Assembly: GCA_965242865.1 (NCBI GenBank)
Contig: CBDETK010000013.1
Coordinates: forward strand, 3,680,001 to 3,744,000
Length of the DNA: 64,000 bases
Source: Candidatus Latescibacterota bacterium
GTDB lineage: Bacteria > Latescibacterota > UBA2968 > UBA8231
Direction: 5' to 3'
A model generated the notes under the pieces. It searched no databases. It worked only from the letters and a program-made list of their open reading frames with translations, and was not told the origin of the DNA. Every line of letters begins with the position of its first letter. Positions within the stretch are counted from its first letter, which is position 1. This document shows positions 41,501-49,684 of this stretch, piece after piece. Made by a program: the position numbers and the translations under genes.

Positions 41501-42245
41501 CCTGCGCCGCCTTTGGAAAACGCCGCTCCAGCGATTTGAACTGCTTCTCAGCGGTTTCCCTGTCGCCCATAAAGAGAGCGATGCGTCCTCCGAAGAGCAG
41601 GGCACTAGGGGCTTCGGGCGGCGGCGGGGTAGTGGCGGCGATTTGCCCGAGTAGCTGTTGGGCTTCTTCGGCCCGACCAGCGGCAAAGCGCAACTGGGCT
41701 AGCCGATAGCGCGCCAGATGCACTCGGTCAGCAGTCGCGTAGTCGGTCAGCAGTCGTCCATAAACGGCTTCGGCTTGCCGCAAATTTTCGGCGCGGGTAT
41801 AATTAGCCGCCGCTTCAATCAGGGCACTGGCGGCGAATTTGCTGGCGCTGAAACGCCGCTGAACCTCTTCGTATGACCGGGCAGCCAACAGGTATTGACC
41901 TTGCTCGGCCAAACAAGCCGCTCGCTCGCGCCGTGCGTCGGCGGTATTCAAGTGATCGGGATGTTCGAGATAAAAGGTCTCGTAGGCCGGCACCGCTAGG
42001 TCGCAACGGTCGCTCTGGCGGTACGCACGCGCCAGCATCAGCCGAGCCTCGGCTAGCTGCGGATTATCGGGATAATTGCGAATAAACTCGGCGAACAGCC
42101 CGGCGGCCGTAGCATAGTCGCCGGCATCCCGAAAGAGATTGCGAGCTAGTTTGAAGTCGTCCTCTGCGTTCGTTTGCGCCCAACTCTGGGTGCTTAAGCA
42201 AAGGAAAAGCACTACTATCAATGTTGCGAACATATCAATCCTCAA
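38532..42245 (-). CDS. Large exported tetratricopeptide-repeat protein
   Basis: Signal peptide; repeated A-x3-Y-x2-L-x3-YP TPR units over 1237 aa. Confidence 0.88.
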   Translation of the reverse strand: MRIDMFATLIVVLFLCLSTQSWAQTNAEDDFKLARNLFRDAGDYATAAGLFAEFIRNYPDNPQLAEARLMLARAYRQSDRCDLAVPAYETFYLEHPDHLNTADARRERAACLAEQGQYLLAARSYEEVQRRFSASKFAASALIEAAANYTRAENLRQAEAVYGRLLTDYATADRVHLARYRLAQLRFAAGRAEEAQQLLGQIAATTPPPPEAPSALLFGGRIALFMGDRETAEKQFKSLERRFPKAAQADSAYLGRANHLYRSRLFSQAGDAYQRAFDKIDDRSLKERALLGLADARRQSHQTRKAIAHYDELSTLLQPDHPDYLRAQLGRAIALGQAGQFALAVGLFQGLIQTGDSPEAISALRELGGLYKRRGDHSLASGQDEAATNYRQHSITWYRRYLQETAGASDADAVRFELAELYASTGYYEEAISLYRQLASGQDEVAANAQFALAQTFEQSRQPQTALREYVAFLELFPANHLSEAVRQRIEYLREFTVLDPAGLNRALQNAWIDELSGKARQLVLLDVARLLFSHHDFATAAQCFKHYATTYPEEHNSNEAQYFLAESLLKLSRQRQLEAEPTSADSLRALALREYRFLAEQSPTDSSTWVQGARLRLIKIEAEDRPDSLRLSTLEAGIAAFVAEFSGSRGAHLDQALLQLGDARRQLGTTDSTWIDGAIAAYDQQLFSNNPLVPHALYGKSLCLVQKGQHQAAADLLERVLRDYPDSPLTAPVLFELGHIRLAQERPQEAIARLQELRWGYPAFPQRRAAQKLLGDTYFQRGQYAAAIELYQPLVSNPTGTGDRGPILRRLGRSYHHLNLYGEAMETYRHILAEEPNPAGLDSIYFSQAVLQLRLGREDEALRLFRKVSREFASSGLAAEASARSGHIAFARQQYKQSYQLYQPLLEQSEDALIHGQAILALFRLKRVEEGRKAAKRFAKRFEAETEWRQHFRVEEGKYYLQAGNYKKAYELFQTVEKQGGTWADDGAYWMAVTLWKRNKVEPSEEWAAYSLEAISRFVREYPTSPHVDEAYLRLGDYHFSLHNFLQAAGAYKHALDAPEVSREQAQDALWKLLKSYQSAHEYEAAHQVANQLLGQYPENPKAIEVQLELGIILKNKGQYAQAIEQLDDLLSQQLLNGNNASEARFYIGESYQNMGEYRKAIEAYYKVSYHGDEGLSMWITSADFQRARCHESLGEHTTAVTIYERIARREGGQSPQGQLARERIETLRHKLDNLN

Positions 42246-42309
42246 GCGTATGCCAATCTGACATTATTATAGAATAGAATATAGTAAAATGCGGTCGAGG
42301 TGTGCAGCG

Positions 42310-43167
42310 ATGGAGCGTCTGCTGGTCGAAAAAGCATACGCAAAAATAAACTTAGGGCTTAAGGTTCTCGGCCGCCGCCCCGATGGCTACCACGAGACCC
42401 TCAGCGTGGCTCAATGCGTGGACTTAGCGGATGTCTTGTATTTTGAACCCGCGGCCGCCGATCAGTTGACCTGTAGCCTCGCTGGCCTATCAACGGGGCC
42501 GGACAATTTGGTGCGCCGCGCAGTTAATGCCTTTCGCGCTCGGCTCAACCGCCCCCCCCAGTCGTTTCGCATCCACCTAGAAAAGAATATCCCCATAGGG
42601 GCAGGCTTGGGCGGAGGCAGTGCCGATGCAGCGGCGGCTCTGCGGACACTCAATCGCTTCTATGACCAGCCATTCTCAAACGCAGGCCTCCGCCAAATCG
42701 CCGCGACTCTTGGCTCGGACATCCCCTTTCTAGTGGAAGGCGGCACCGCTCTAATGAGAGGCCGGGGCGAAATTCTCGAAAAGCTGCGCTGGGAGGGCGC
42801 AGTCTTTTACGTGCTGGCGTATCCCGGGATCGAGCTCAGCACGGCGTGGGCATATAACCAACTCGGCTCCATCTTGACAGAAAATTCTCCCTATTTTAAA
42901 TTTATTTCTTCCCTGAGCGACGGGTGCGTTGGCCCCGACAGGCTATTTGAAGTGCTGGAGAACGACTTCACGCCTGCGGCAGATCGCGCCTATCCCATCG
43001 TCGCAGAGCTTCGTTCTCAACTGGACCGAGTTGGTGCTCGAGCCTCGTCAATGTCGGGCAGCGGCTCCACTGTTTACGGTATCTTCGACGACCGGAAGAC
43101 CGCCTCTCAGGCGCAGATCGCACTGCAAAGGCAAGGTTGCCGGTCTTTTTTATGTCAGCCAGTCTAG
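42310..43167 (+). CDS. ispE: 4-diphosphocytidyl-2-C-methyl-D-erythritol kinase
   Basis: AKINLGL, RPDGYH, KNIPIGAGLGGGSADAA, LGSDIPF, MSGSGS. Confidence 0.96.
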   Translation: MERLLVEKAYAKINLGLKVLGRRPDGYHETLSVAQCVDLADVLYFEPAAADQLTCSLAGLSTGPDNLVRRAVNAFRARLNRPPQSFRIHLEKNIPIGAGLGGGSADAAAALRTLNRFYDQPFSNAGLRQIAATLGSDIPFLVEGGTALMRGRGEILEKLRWEGAVFYVLAYPGIELSTAWAYNQLGSILTENSPYFKFISSLSDGCVGPDRLFEVLENDFTPAADRAYPIVAELRSQLDRVGARASSMSGSGSTVYGIFDDRKTASQAQIALQRQGCRSFLCQPV

Positions 43168-43197
43168 CTCGGGAAAGTGCGAGGCATAGAAATAGGT

Positions 43198-43272
43198 AGC
43201 CCGGTCGTTCAATTGGTAGGACAACGGATTTTGGTTCCGTTTATCGAGGTTCGAGTCCTCGCCGGGCTGCCA
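43198..43272 (+). tRNA. tRNA-Gln (TTG)
   Basis: AGCCCGG/CCGGGCT acceptor, ACGGA-TTTTGGT-TCCGT anticodon arm, GTTCGAGTC T-loop, encoded CCA. Confidence 0.95.
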
Positions 43273-43315
43273 TTATGCCATTGGTATTGATTGAGTCTTT
43301 TGAGGAGATGTTCCA

Positions 43316-43996
43316 ATGCCGCAAGTTCCACTACAAATCCAAGTGCGCGAGCAGGTCGCGCTCAAAGTCCAGTCTCGCCGCGAGCAGGGCAAGGGCCCGG
43401 TGGGGCAGTTGCGTCGCTTGCAGGGCCAGTTGCCCGGGGTGATCTACGGCCACAATCAGCCTTCTGAGTCCTTCAAGACGGATGCCCATGGTTTGGAGCG
43501 CATCCTGAGTAAGGGGGGGCAAAACGCGATCATCTTGGTTGAGCACGAAGAGTCCGATAAAAGCCCTGAGCAGGCCCTGATTCGCGACATCCAATACCAC
43601 AAGGTCCGCGGTCATGTACTGCACTTAGACCTCTTGCGCATCGATCCGCAAGAGACGTTGCGCGCCAATGTACCGCTGCTGACGGAGGGAGTGCCCGAAG
43701 GCGTCCGCAACGAGGGCGGGGCCTTGCAGCAGACGCTGACCTCAATCGAAATGGAATGCGTCGTCTCAGAAATGCCCGCCGCAATGGTAATCGACATTTC
43801 TTTGCTGGTCATCGGCGACAGCCTTCACGTGAGTGATCTCCTCGAACAGGAGCCGCGCATTACGACCGACCCGTCCCGCACGATTGTCAATATCTTGGCG
43901 CCGCGCTTGGTCGCTGCCGAGGAAGAAGCCGAGGAGCCTGGAGTTCCCGAAGGCGAAGGCGAACCGGGCGAAGGCGACGAGGGTGGCGAAGAGTAG
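43316..43996 (+). CDS. rplY: 50S ribosomal protein L25 (CTC form)
   Basis: PGVIYG, IQYH, HLDL, GGAL, IGDSLHVSDL, acidic tail. Confidence 0.93.
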   Translation: MPQVPLQIQVREQVALKVQSRREQGKGPVGQLRRLQGQLPGVIYGHNQPSESFKTDAHGLERILSKGGQNAIILVEHEESDKSPEQALIRDIQYHKVRGHVLHLDLLRIDPQETLRANVPLLTEGVPEGVRNEGGALQQTLTSIEMECVVSEMPAAMVIDISLLVIGDSLHVSDLLEQEPRITTDPSRTIVNILAPRLVAAEEEAEEPGVPEGEGEPGEGDEGGEE

Positions 43997-43998
43997 GT

Positions 43999-44595
43999 TT
44001 GCAAGTAGCCTTGGGTTTGGGTAATCCCGGTGTGCGCTACGCCTCAACGCGGCACAACATAGGATTTATGGTGGTAGATCATCTAGCGGCTCGCTGTGGT
44101 GTTGACTGGCAGCAGCAAGCGAACGTCCAGGGCCAAGTTGTCCGAGTAGGGCTGGGCGGTCGGGAAGTGCTGTTGGTCAAGCCCCAGAGCTATATGAACC
44201 ACAGCGGCCGAACCGCCGCGGCTCTTTGCTCCCAATGGGAGGTGCTCCCCGAAGACGTACTGGTCATCTTCGACGACTTCCTCCTCGACTTTGGGTGCCT
44301 GCGCTTTCGCCGTGGAGGGAGTGATGGCGGACACAACGGTTTGGCTTCGGTTCTCGAAGCACTCAATACAAAGGCTGTTCCGCGTCTGCGTCTAGGCATC
44401 GGCATCCCACCCGCCGGCGCAGACATCACTGACTATGTACTGAGTCTGTTTTCTCCAGAAGACGAGGTAGAGAGCTTGGTTGAGCACGGAAATGCGGCAC
44501 TTGAAGTGTACTATGCCGAAGGCATTGAGGCAGCCATGAACAGGTTCAACGGTCAAAAAGTAAAGCAGTCGAGGGAAGGTAATAAATGGACATAG
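43999..44595 (+). CDS. pth: Peptidyl-tRNA hydrolase
   Basis: GLGNPG, TRHNIGF, KPQSYMN, GGHNGL, RLRLGIG. Confidence 0.96.
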   Translation: MQVALGLGNPGVRYASTRHNIGFMVVDHLAARCGVDWQQQANVQGQVVRVGLGGREVLLVKPQSYMNHSGRTAAALCSQWEVLPEDVLVIFDDFLLDFGCLRFRRGGSDGGHNGLASVLEALNTKAVPRLRLGIGIPPAGADITDYVLSLFSPEDEVESLVEHGNAALEVYYAEGIEAAMNRFNGQKVKQSREGNKWT

Positions 44596-46631
44596 AAATC
44601 TGGACAAGCGCGGCGCCATTCATGGGTTTGGGCGGTTTGCTTTGCTCGCTCCTGCTGTACTCTTACATCAAAAGGTCTCCGGCTGGCACTCCAGAGATGG
44701 TGGAAATATCAGAGGCTATCCACGAGGGAGCGATGGCCTTTCTCAAACGCGAGTACACCATCCTCGCCGGGTTTATCGTCATCGTCTTTGCCCTCCTTTT
44801 TGCCTTTGTCGGTGCCCACACCGCGTACGCTTTTGTGTCCGGGGCCGTTTGCTCCATTTTGGCCGGTTATACCGGCATGAAAGCGGCCTGTCACGCCAAT
44901 GTTCGCACCGCCCAAGCGGCCAACCAGCACGGCCAAGGGCCGGCCCTGAATATCGCTTTTTCAGGGGGCGCAGTGATGGGCCTTGCAGTGGCTGGCTTGG
45001 GGCTTTTCGGCGTTGGGGCACTCGCCAGTGCCCTTGGTGTCTGGGACGATATAAGCCAAGCATCCACGATCAGTGGCTTTGCTATGGGGGCCTCTTCGAT
45101 TGCCCTTTTCGCGCGCGTTGGCGGCGGCATCTTCACCAAGACCGCCGATGTGGGGGCTGACTTGGTGGGCAAAGTGGAAGCGGGGATTCCCGAGGACGAT
45201 CCCCGCAATCCGGCCGTTATCGCCGACAGCGTCGGCGACAACGTCGGGGATGTCGCCGGCATGGGTGCCGACATCTTTGAGTCCTATGTCGGATCGGTCA
45301 TCGCCACCATTGCCATCGCCGCCACCGCGTCCACGGCCCTGCTAACCACGCTTGCCCCCGACATCTCGGATCCAACCGAGGCGAAACTGGCGGCGATGAG
45401 CTTCCCGCTGATCGTCATTATGATCGGCATAGCCGCGTCGCTTCTCGGCGTGTTGATGGTGCGGATACTGCAGAATTTTGACCCCAGCGCTGCGTTGCGC
45501 TACTCGACTTGGGTTGCCGCCGCCCTAATGATTTTGGGTGCTTGGTGGGTCGCCGGGACAATCGGCCTATCCGATCAGCCGGTGTGGGCTTTGTGCGCGG
45601 GCTGTCTGGCCGGGGTCGCGATTGGCCTTTTTACCGAGTACTACACCGGCGGCAAACCCATCCGCACCATCGCTGAAACCTCCAAGACCGGCGTGGCGAC
45701 CAATATTATTTCCGGCTTGGCCATAGGCATGGAGAGCGTCGTCCTGCCGACCTTGGGAATCGTCGTCGCCATTGGCTTGGCCTTCCACTTTGCCGGGCTG
45801 TTTGGGATTGGCATCGCCGCGGTCGGTATGCTGGCCACAGTGGGTATTACCATGTCGGTCGACGCCTACGGTCCCATAGCCGACAACGCCGGCGGCATTA
45901 CCGAAATGGCGGGCTTGGGCGAAGATACGCGCAAGATCACCGATGGCCTTGATTCACTCGGCAACACGACCGCGGCCATGGGCAAGGGGTTTGCTATTGG
46001 TTCGGCCGCGTTGACGGCATTGGCGCTTTTTTCCGCCTATTCCTCCGCGATTGAGACCGCGACCGGAACGCCGATCGTCATTGACGTGACTACGCCGGTG
46101 GTCGTCGGTGGGCTTTTTATCGGGGCTATGATTCCTTACCTAGCGGCCTCCATTACCATGACCTCGGTCGGCAAGGCCGCCTTCAAGATGATCGAGGAGG
46201 TCCGGCGTCAGTTCCGCGAGATCGAGGGCCTGATGGAGGGCAAGGCCAAGCCCGATACCCGACGCTGCGTGGAGATCAGCACGACCGCGGCACTGCGCGA
46301 GATGATTTTGCCGGGCCTGTTGGCGGTGTTGGCGCCGGTTGCGGTCGGTTTTGGTCTTGGCCCTGTCGCCTTGGGCGGAATGCTCGCCGGGGCCACGGTC
46401 AGCGGCGTATTGCTGGCGCTGATGATGGCCAATAGTGGCGGGGCTTGGGACAACGCCAAAAAGTGGATCGAAGAGGGCCACTTGGGGGGCAAGGGCTCTG
46501 ACCCCCACAAAGCCGCTGTCGTCGGCGATACGGTCGGCGACCCATTCAAGGACACTTCGGGGCCGTCTCTAAACATCCTCATCAAGCTGATGTCGGTGAT
46601 ATCTCTCGTCCTGGCACCGCTTTTCGTCTGA
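44586..46631 (+). CDS. hppA: Membrane-bound ion-translocating pyrophosphatase, K+-dependent type (probably Na+)
   Basis: [22 protein letters not shown] (Ala variant), [19 protein letters not shown]. Confidence 0.95.
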   Translation: MDIEIWTSAAPFMGLGGLLCSLLLYSYIKRSPAGTPEMVEISEAIHEGAMAFLKREYTILAGFIVIVFALLFAFVGAHTAYAFVSGAVCSILAGYTGMKAACHANVRTAQAANQHGQGPALNIAFSGGAVMGLAVAGLGLFGVGALASALGVWDDISQASTISGFAMGASSIALFARVGGGIFTKTADVGADLVGKVEAGIPEDDPRNPAVIADSVGDNVGDVAGMGADIFESYVGSVIATIAIAATASTALLTTLAPDISDPTEAKLAAMSFPLIVIMIGIAASLLGVLMVRILQNFDPSAALRYSTWVAAALMILGAWWVAGTIGLSDQPVWALCAGCLAGVAIGLFTEYYTGGKPIRTIAETSKTGVATNIISGLAIGMESVVLPTLGIVVAIGLAFHFAGLFGIGIAAVGMLATVGITMSVDAYGPIADNAGGITEMAGLGEDTRKITDGLDSLGNTTAAMGKGFAIGSAALTALALFSAYSSAIETATGTPIVIDVTTPVVVGGLFIGAMIPYLAASITMTSVGKAAFKMIEEVRRQFREIEGLMEGKAKPDTRRCVEISTTAALREMILPGLLAVLAPVAVGFGLGPVALGGMLAGATVSGVLLALMMANSGGAWDNAKKWIEEGHLGGKGSDPHKAAVVGDTVGDPFKDTSGPSLNILIKLMSVISLVLAPLFV

Positions 46632-46670
46632 GGAGTGTGCCCCAGACCAGAACCAAGAAAGCGCAATGCA

Positions 46671-47216
46671 ATGAGAAACTACGAACTCGTATGTATCTTG
46701 GACCCCCAATTCGGCGAGGGCCAATATGAGCAAATCGTCGAAAAATACGAGGCCCTCCTCGAGGAAAACGGCGGGGAAGTCGTCCGGGTCGACAACTGGG
46801 GTCTGCGGCGTCTGGCCTATACCTCGGCTAGCCTGAAGAACCGGCTCCAAGGCTACTACGTGCTCTACCAGTTTTTGGCCGCGCCGACGGCGATTGAAGG
46901 GCTAGAGCAGACGCTCAAGCTCGACGAAGCGGTGCTGCGCTACCTCATCACCGCTGTCGAAGGCGATTTTATCCACGTGCCCGAACTAGCTGCCGACAAT
47001 TTTCTCGAAGAAGCCTTTGCCCGATCGGCCCGCGGTCCAAGGTCCCGAGGTGGCCCGCACCGCGACTCCCGCGGTCCGCGGTCCCGCGACGAGGCCCGAG
47101 GTGCTGCCCCTGAACGCGAGGCACCTGGTGTAAAAGAGGCAAAAAAGGCAGAGGAGGCAGAGGAGGCAGGGGATTCACCAGCAGAGGCCGTAGTCCAAGA
47201 GTCCGACGACTCTTAG
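46671..47216 (+). CDS. rpsF: 30S ribosomal protein S6 with long charged tail
   Basis: [21 protein letters not shown]. Confidence 0.93.
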   Translation: MRNYELVCILDPQFGEGQYEQIVEKYEALLEENGGEVVRVDNWGLRRLAYTSASLKNRLQGYYVLYQFLAAPTAIEGLEQTLKLDEAVLRYLITAVEGDFIHVPELAADNFLEEAFARSARGPRSRGGPHRDSRGPRSRDEARGAAPEREAPGVKEAKKAEEAEEAGDSPAEAVVQESDDS

Positions 47217-47231
47217 AATCGGCCTGCGCCG

Positions 47232-48038
47232 ATGCTGATTCTGTTGGGCATAATGCTGGCGGTCGCTTCGCTTTTGGCTAGTTTGCGCTACGGCTCGCGT
47301 GGCGCCCTGCCTTTGATCGGTCTGCTTTGCTTGGGCTCCGCCGTGCTGCTAGGGGCTACGTTGGGGCTAGTGCCCATTATGGGGTTGCTCGCCGTTTTGC
47401 AAATAGAGCGTCAGCAGACTTACGGTCGCGTCTTGGCCATGGCCTGTGCGCCGGCGGCGGGCTTGTGCCTCTGGCAGCTAATTCAGGTGCGCGACCACCG
47501 CCAAGAGCAAGCCGCTGCTGTCTTGGAGCAATTCCAAGCCTTGGGGATGGCCGTTGAGGAAGGCGGCCAGACGCTAAGCGCGATCATTGACGCGGTCCTG
47601 CGGGTGCAGCCGGCCATTGAGATGGCGACCCTGCTTTTGACCTTTGTCGTAGCGTATCGGGTGAGTCAGGGCTTGGCCTTGCGGCTGGGGCTGTTGCTGC
47701 CTGCTCCCCTGCCGCTGGCCTTGTGGCGACCTTGGGAAGAGCTGATTTGGGTCTTGATCGCGGCCTTAGGACTAAGTCTTTTGGGCGACGGGTTGTTGGC
47801 CGATTTGGGCCTCAACCTGATCGTGCTGATGGGAATTATCTACGGGGTTCAAGGGTTGGCGGTGCTGCGCTTTTTCGCCCAACGCCAAAGGGTGCCGCTT
47901 TTGGTCGAGTTGTTGTTTTACATCGGGCTTTTTTTTGTCGCCGGGTTGGCGTTTCTGCTCTTAGCCGGATTAGGGCTTTTGGACACTTGGTTTGATTGGC
48001 GTCGGCTGCGTCCAACGCCCGCAGAGGAAGAAGCGTAA
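47232..48038 (+). CDS. DUF2232 (YybS-like) membrane protein
   Basis: Multi-TM; QGLAV and GLLDTWFDWRR; position before rplI. Confidence 0.8.
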   Translation: MLILLGIMLAVASLLASLRYGSRGALPLIGLLCLGSAVLLGATLGLVPIMGLLAVLQIERQQTYGRVLAMACAPAAGLCLWQLIQVRDHRQEQAAAVLEQFQALGMAVEEGGQTLSAIIDAVLRVQPAIEMATLLLTFVVAYRVSQGLALRLGLLLPAPLPLALWRPWEELIWVLIAALGLSLLGDGLLADLGLNLIVLMGIIYGVQGLAVLRFFAQRQRVPLLVELLFYIGLFFVAGLAFLLLAGLGLLDTWFDWRRLRPTPAEEEA

Positions 48039-48082
48039 GGCCCAAACAACATCGCCGTTTTCTATGAAGTGGAGGACAAGTC

Positions 48083-48526
48083 GTGAAAGTAATTCTGTTA
48101 AAGGACATTGAAGCCTTGGGTTCGGCCGGCGAGGTCGTGGAGGTAAAGAACGGGTATGGTCGCAACTTCCTGATTCCGCGCAACGAGGCACTGGTCGCCA
48201 CCGCCGCCAACATGGCTCAGTTCGAGTTTAGGCGCAAACAGCAAGAGACCTTATCTGAGCGCGACCGCCGTGCCGCCGAGGCCCTCGCCAAGAAGCTACA
48301 AGCGGAGTCCATTACCGCGCAGGTCAAGGTCGGCGAGGAGGATCGCCTTTTTGGTTCGGTCACCGCCCAGAACATCGCCGAGTTGCTCGACGAAAAGGGC
48401 TACGAGATCGATCGGCGCGCCATTCACCTTGAAGACCCCATTCGCGAACTGGGTGTTTACAACATCGAAGTACGCCTCCACCCAGAGGTAACAACCACGG
48501 TCAAGCTCTGGGTCGTCAAGGAATAG
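48083..48526 (+). CDS. rplI: 50S ribosomal protein L9
   Basis: KVILLKD, VKNGYGRNFLIP, LFGSVT, LHPEV. Confidence 0.97.
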   Translation: MKVILLKDIEALGSAGEVVEVKNGYGRNFLIPRNEALVATAANMAQFEFRRKQQETLSERDRRAAEALAKKLQAESITAQVKVGEEDRLFGSVTAQNIAELLDEKGYEIDRRAIHLEDPIRELGVYNIEVRLHPEVTTTVKLWVVKE

Positions 48527-48566
48527 CGCGACGCTGGGTGTTCTCCCTCCTCAACGGAGGTCATTC

Positions 48567-49496
48567 ATGCCAAGCAGGGTCTTGCTCCTTTGCTGGATGT
48601 GTGCGGCGGCCACCGGCTGCGCCCCGGAACATTCGGAAGGTCCCTTTGAGCGCGTCGGGCAGGAAGTATGGCGCACCGTAAACAGAAGCCACCGAGGGGC
48701 CGATGGCGTCTTGGTGCAGGCGACCTTGCACACCTTCGCCTATGAGATCGCCCGCGCCTATGCCCGTGCCGAGCGCGAGGACTTAGGGCAGGAGCAGCTC
48801 GAATTCCGCATCAAGCAGTTACTCTACTCTTATGTCGATGGCACTTACCCGGCTGAAGACGGCACGGACATCAACAGCCTCTATTTTCAGTATCTGATTT
48901 ACGTAAATCCCTCCTTCGACGTACATAACCCCCTACAAAAACGCGCCTTCAACATCTGGCGGGCCGAATACATACGCCGGGTCGTCGATACCATCTACGA
49001 TCCCAAGTTTCCCATCCTGCGAGACCGGTACGACGACCGTTGGGGCTTGACGCTCTACAGTCGTCTGGTCTTTACCGTTTATCTGTCGAGCGGAGAGTCC
49101 CAACTCAAGCCGCATATTGCCGATATTGGTGCGCGCACCTTCTTGGTCAATCAGCGAGGTGCGCGCTTTCAGCCGAGTGGGACGTTTGATTACTACCCCT
49201 ACCAGAGCGACCGCCCCGAAGGCGAGGTGCTCAACGGCAAGACCTACTACCGAGTCTTCTTCCCCAATCGCAAAAGAGACGACAAGACGCCGATTATCCG
49301 GCGCGACGACGACTATCTCGAGCTGCAAATCGAAAATTTAGGTGATGTCCCGTTGCGAACCCTGCGCTGGGAGCGGTCTCTCGCGTATCCAGAAATGCCT
49401 TCGCGGCGCTTGCCGACGGAGGCCGAGGTAGCCGAGCGCAAGGCAGCAGCACGGGCCGAGCGCGCGGCGCGGGCCGAAGCAGCGCGGGCCAAGTAG
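48567..49496 (+). CDS. Hypothetical lipoprotein
   Basis: GGAGG RBS, lipobox-like ATGC, 309-aa open frame; no family recognised. Confidence 0.65.
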   Translation: MPSRVLLLCWMCAAATGCAPEHSEGPFERVGQEVWRTVNRSHRGADGVLVQATLHTFAYEIARAYARAEREDLGQEQLEFRIKQLLYSYVDGTYPAEDGTDINSLYFQYLIYVNPSFDVHNPLQKRAFNIWRAEYIRRVVDTIYDPKFPILRDRYDDRWGLTLYSRLVFTVYLSSGESQLKPHIADIGARTFLVNQRGARFQPSGTFDYYPYQSDRPEGEVLNGKTYYRVFFPNRKRDDKTPIIRRDDDYLELQIENLGDVPLRTLRWERSLAYPEMPSRRLPTEAEVAERKAAARAERAARAEAARAK

Positions 49497-49553
49497 CCCC
49501 TGCGGTCTCGTTGGTGCTCTTGGGAGGTCATTCTATATTTCTGCGTACTCAGC

Positions 49554-49652
49554 GGGAGCGGATGCGTGCCTGGTGGCTGTCGCGGACTTCAAATCCGTTG
49601 CGGCGTAGCGAGAGTTGCGCTGGGTGGGTTCGATTCCCACACGTTCCCGCCA
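49554..49652 (+). tRNA. selC: tRNA-Sec (TCA)
   Basis: GCGGA-CTTCAAA-TCCGT anticodon arm, D-loop TGGT, long variable arm with GAGA loop, GTGGG-TTCGATT-CCCAC, GCCA end. Confidence 0.93.
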
Positions 49653-49684
49653 GATTTTAAGTAGCTGTAAAGATTGCGGCCCAC

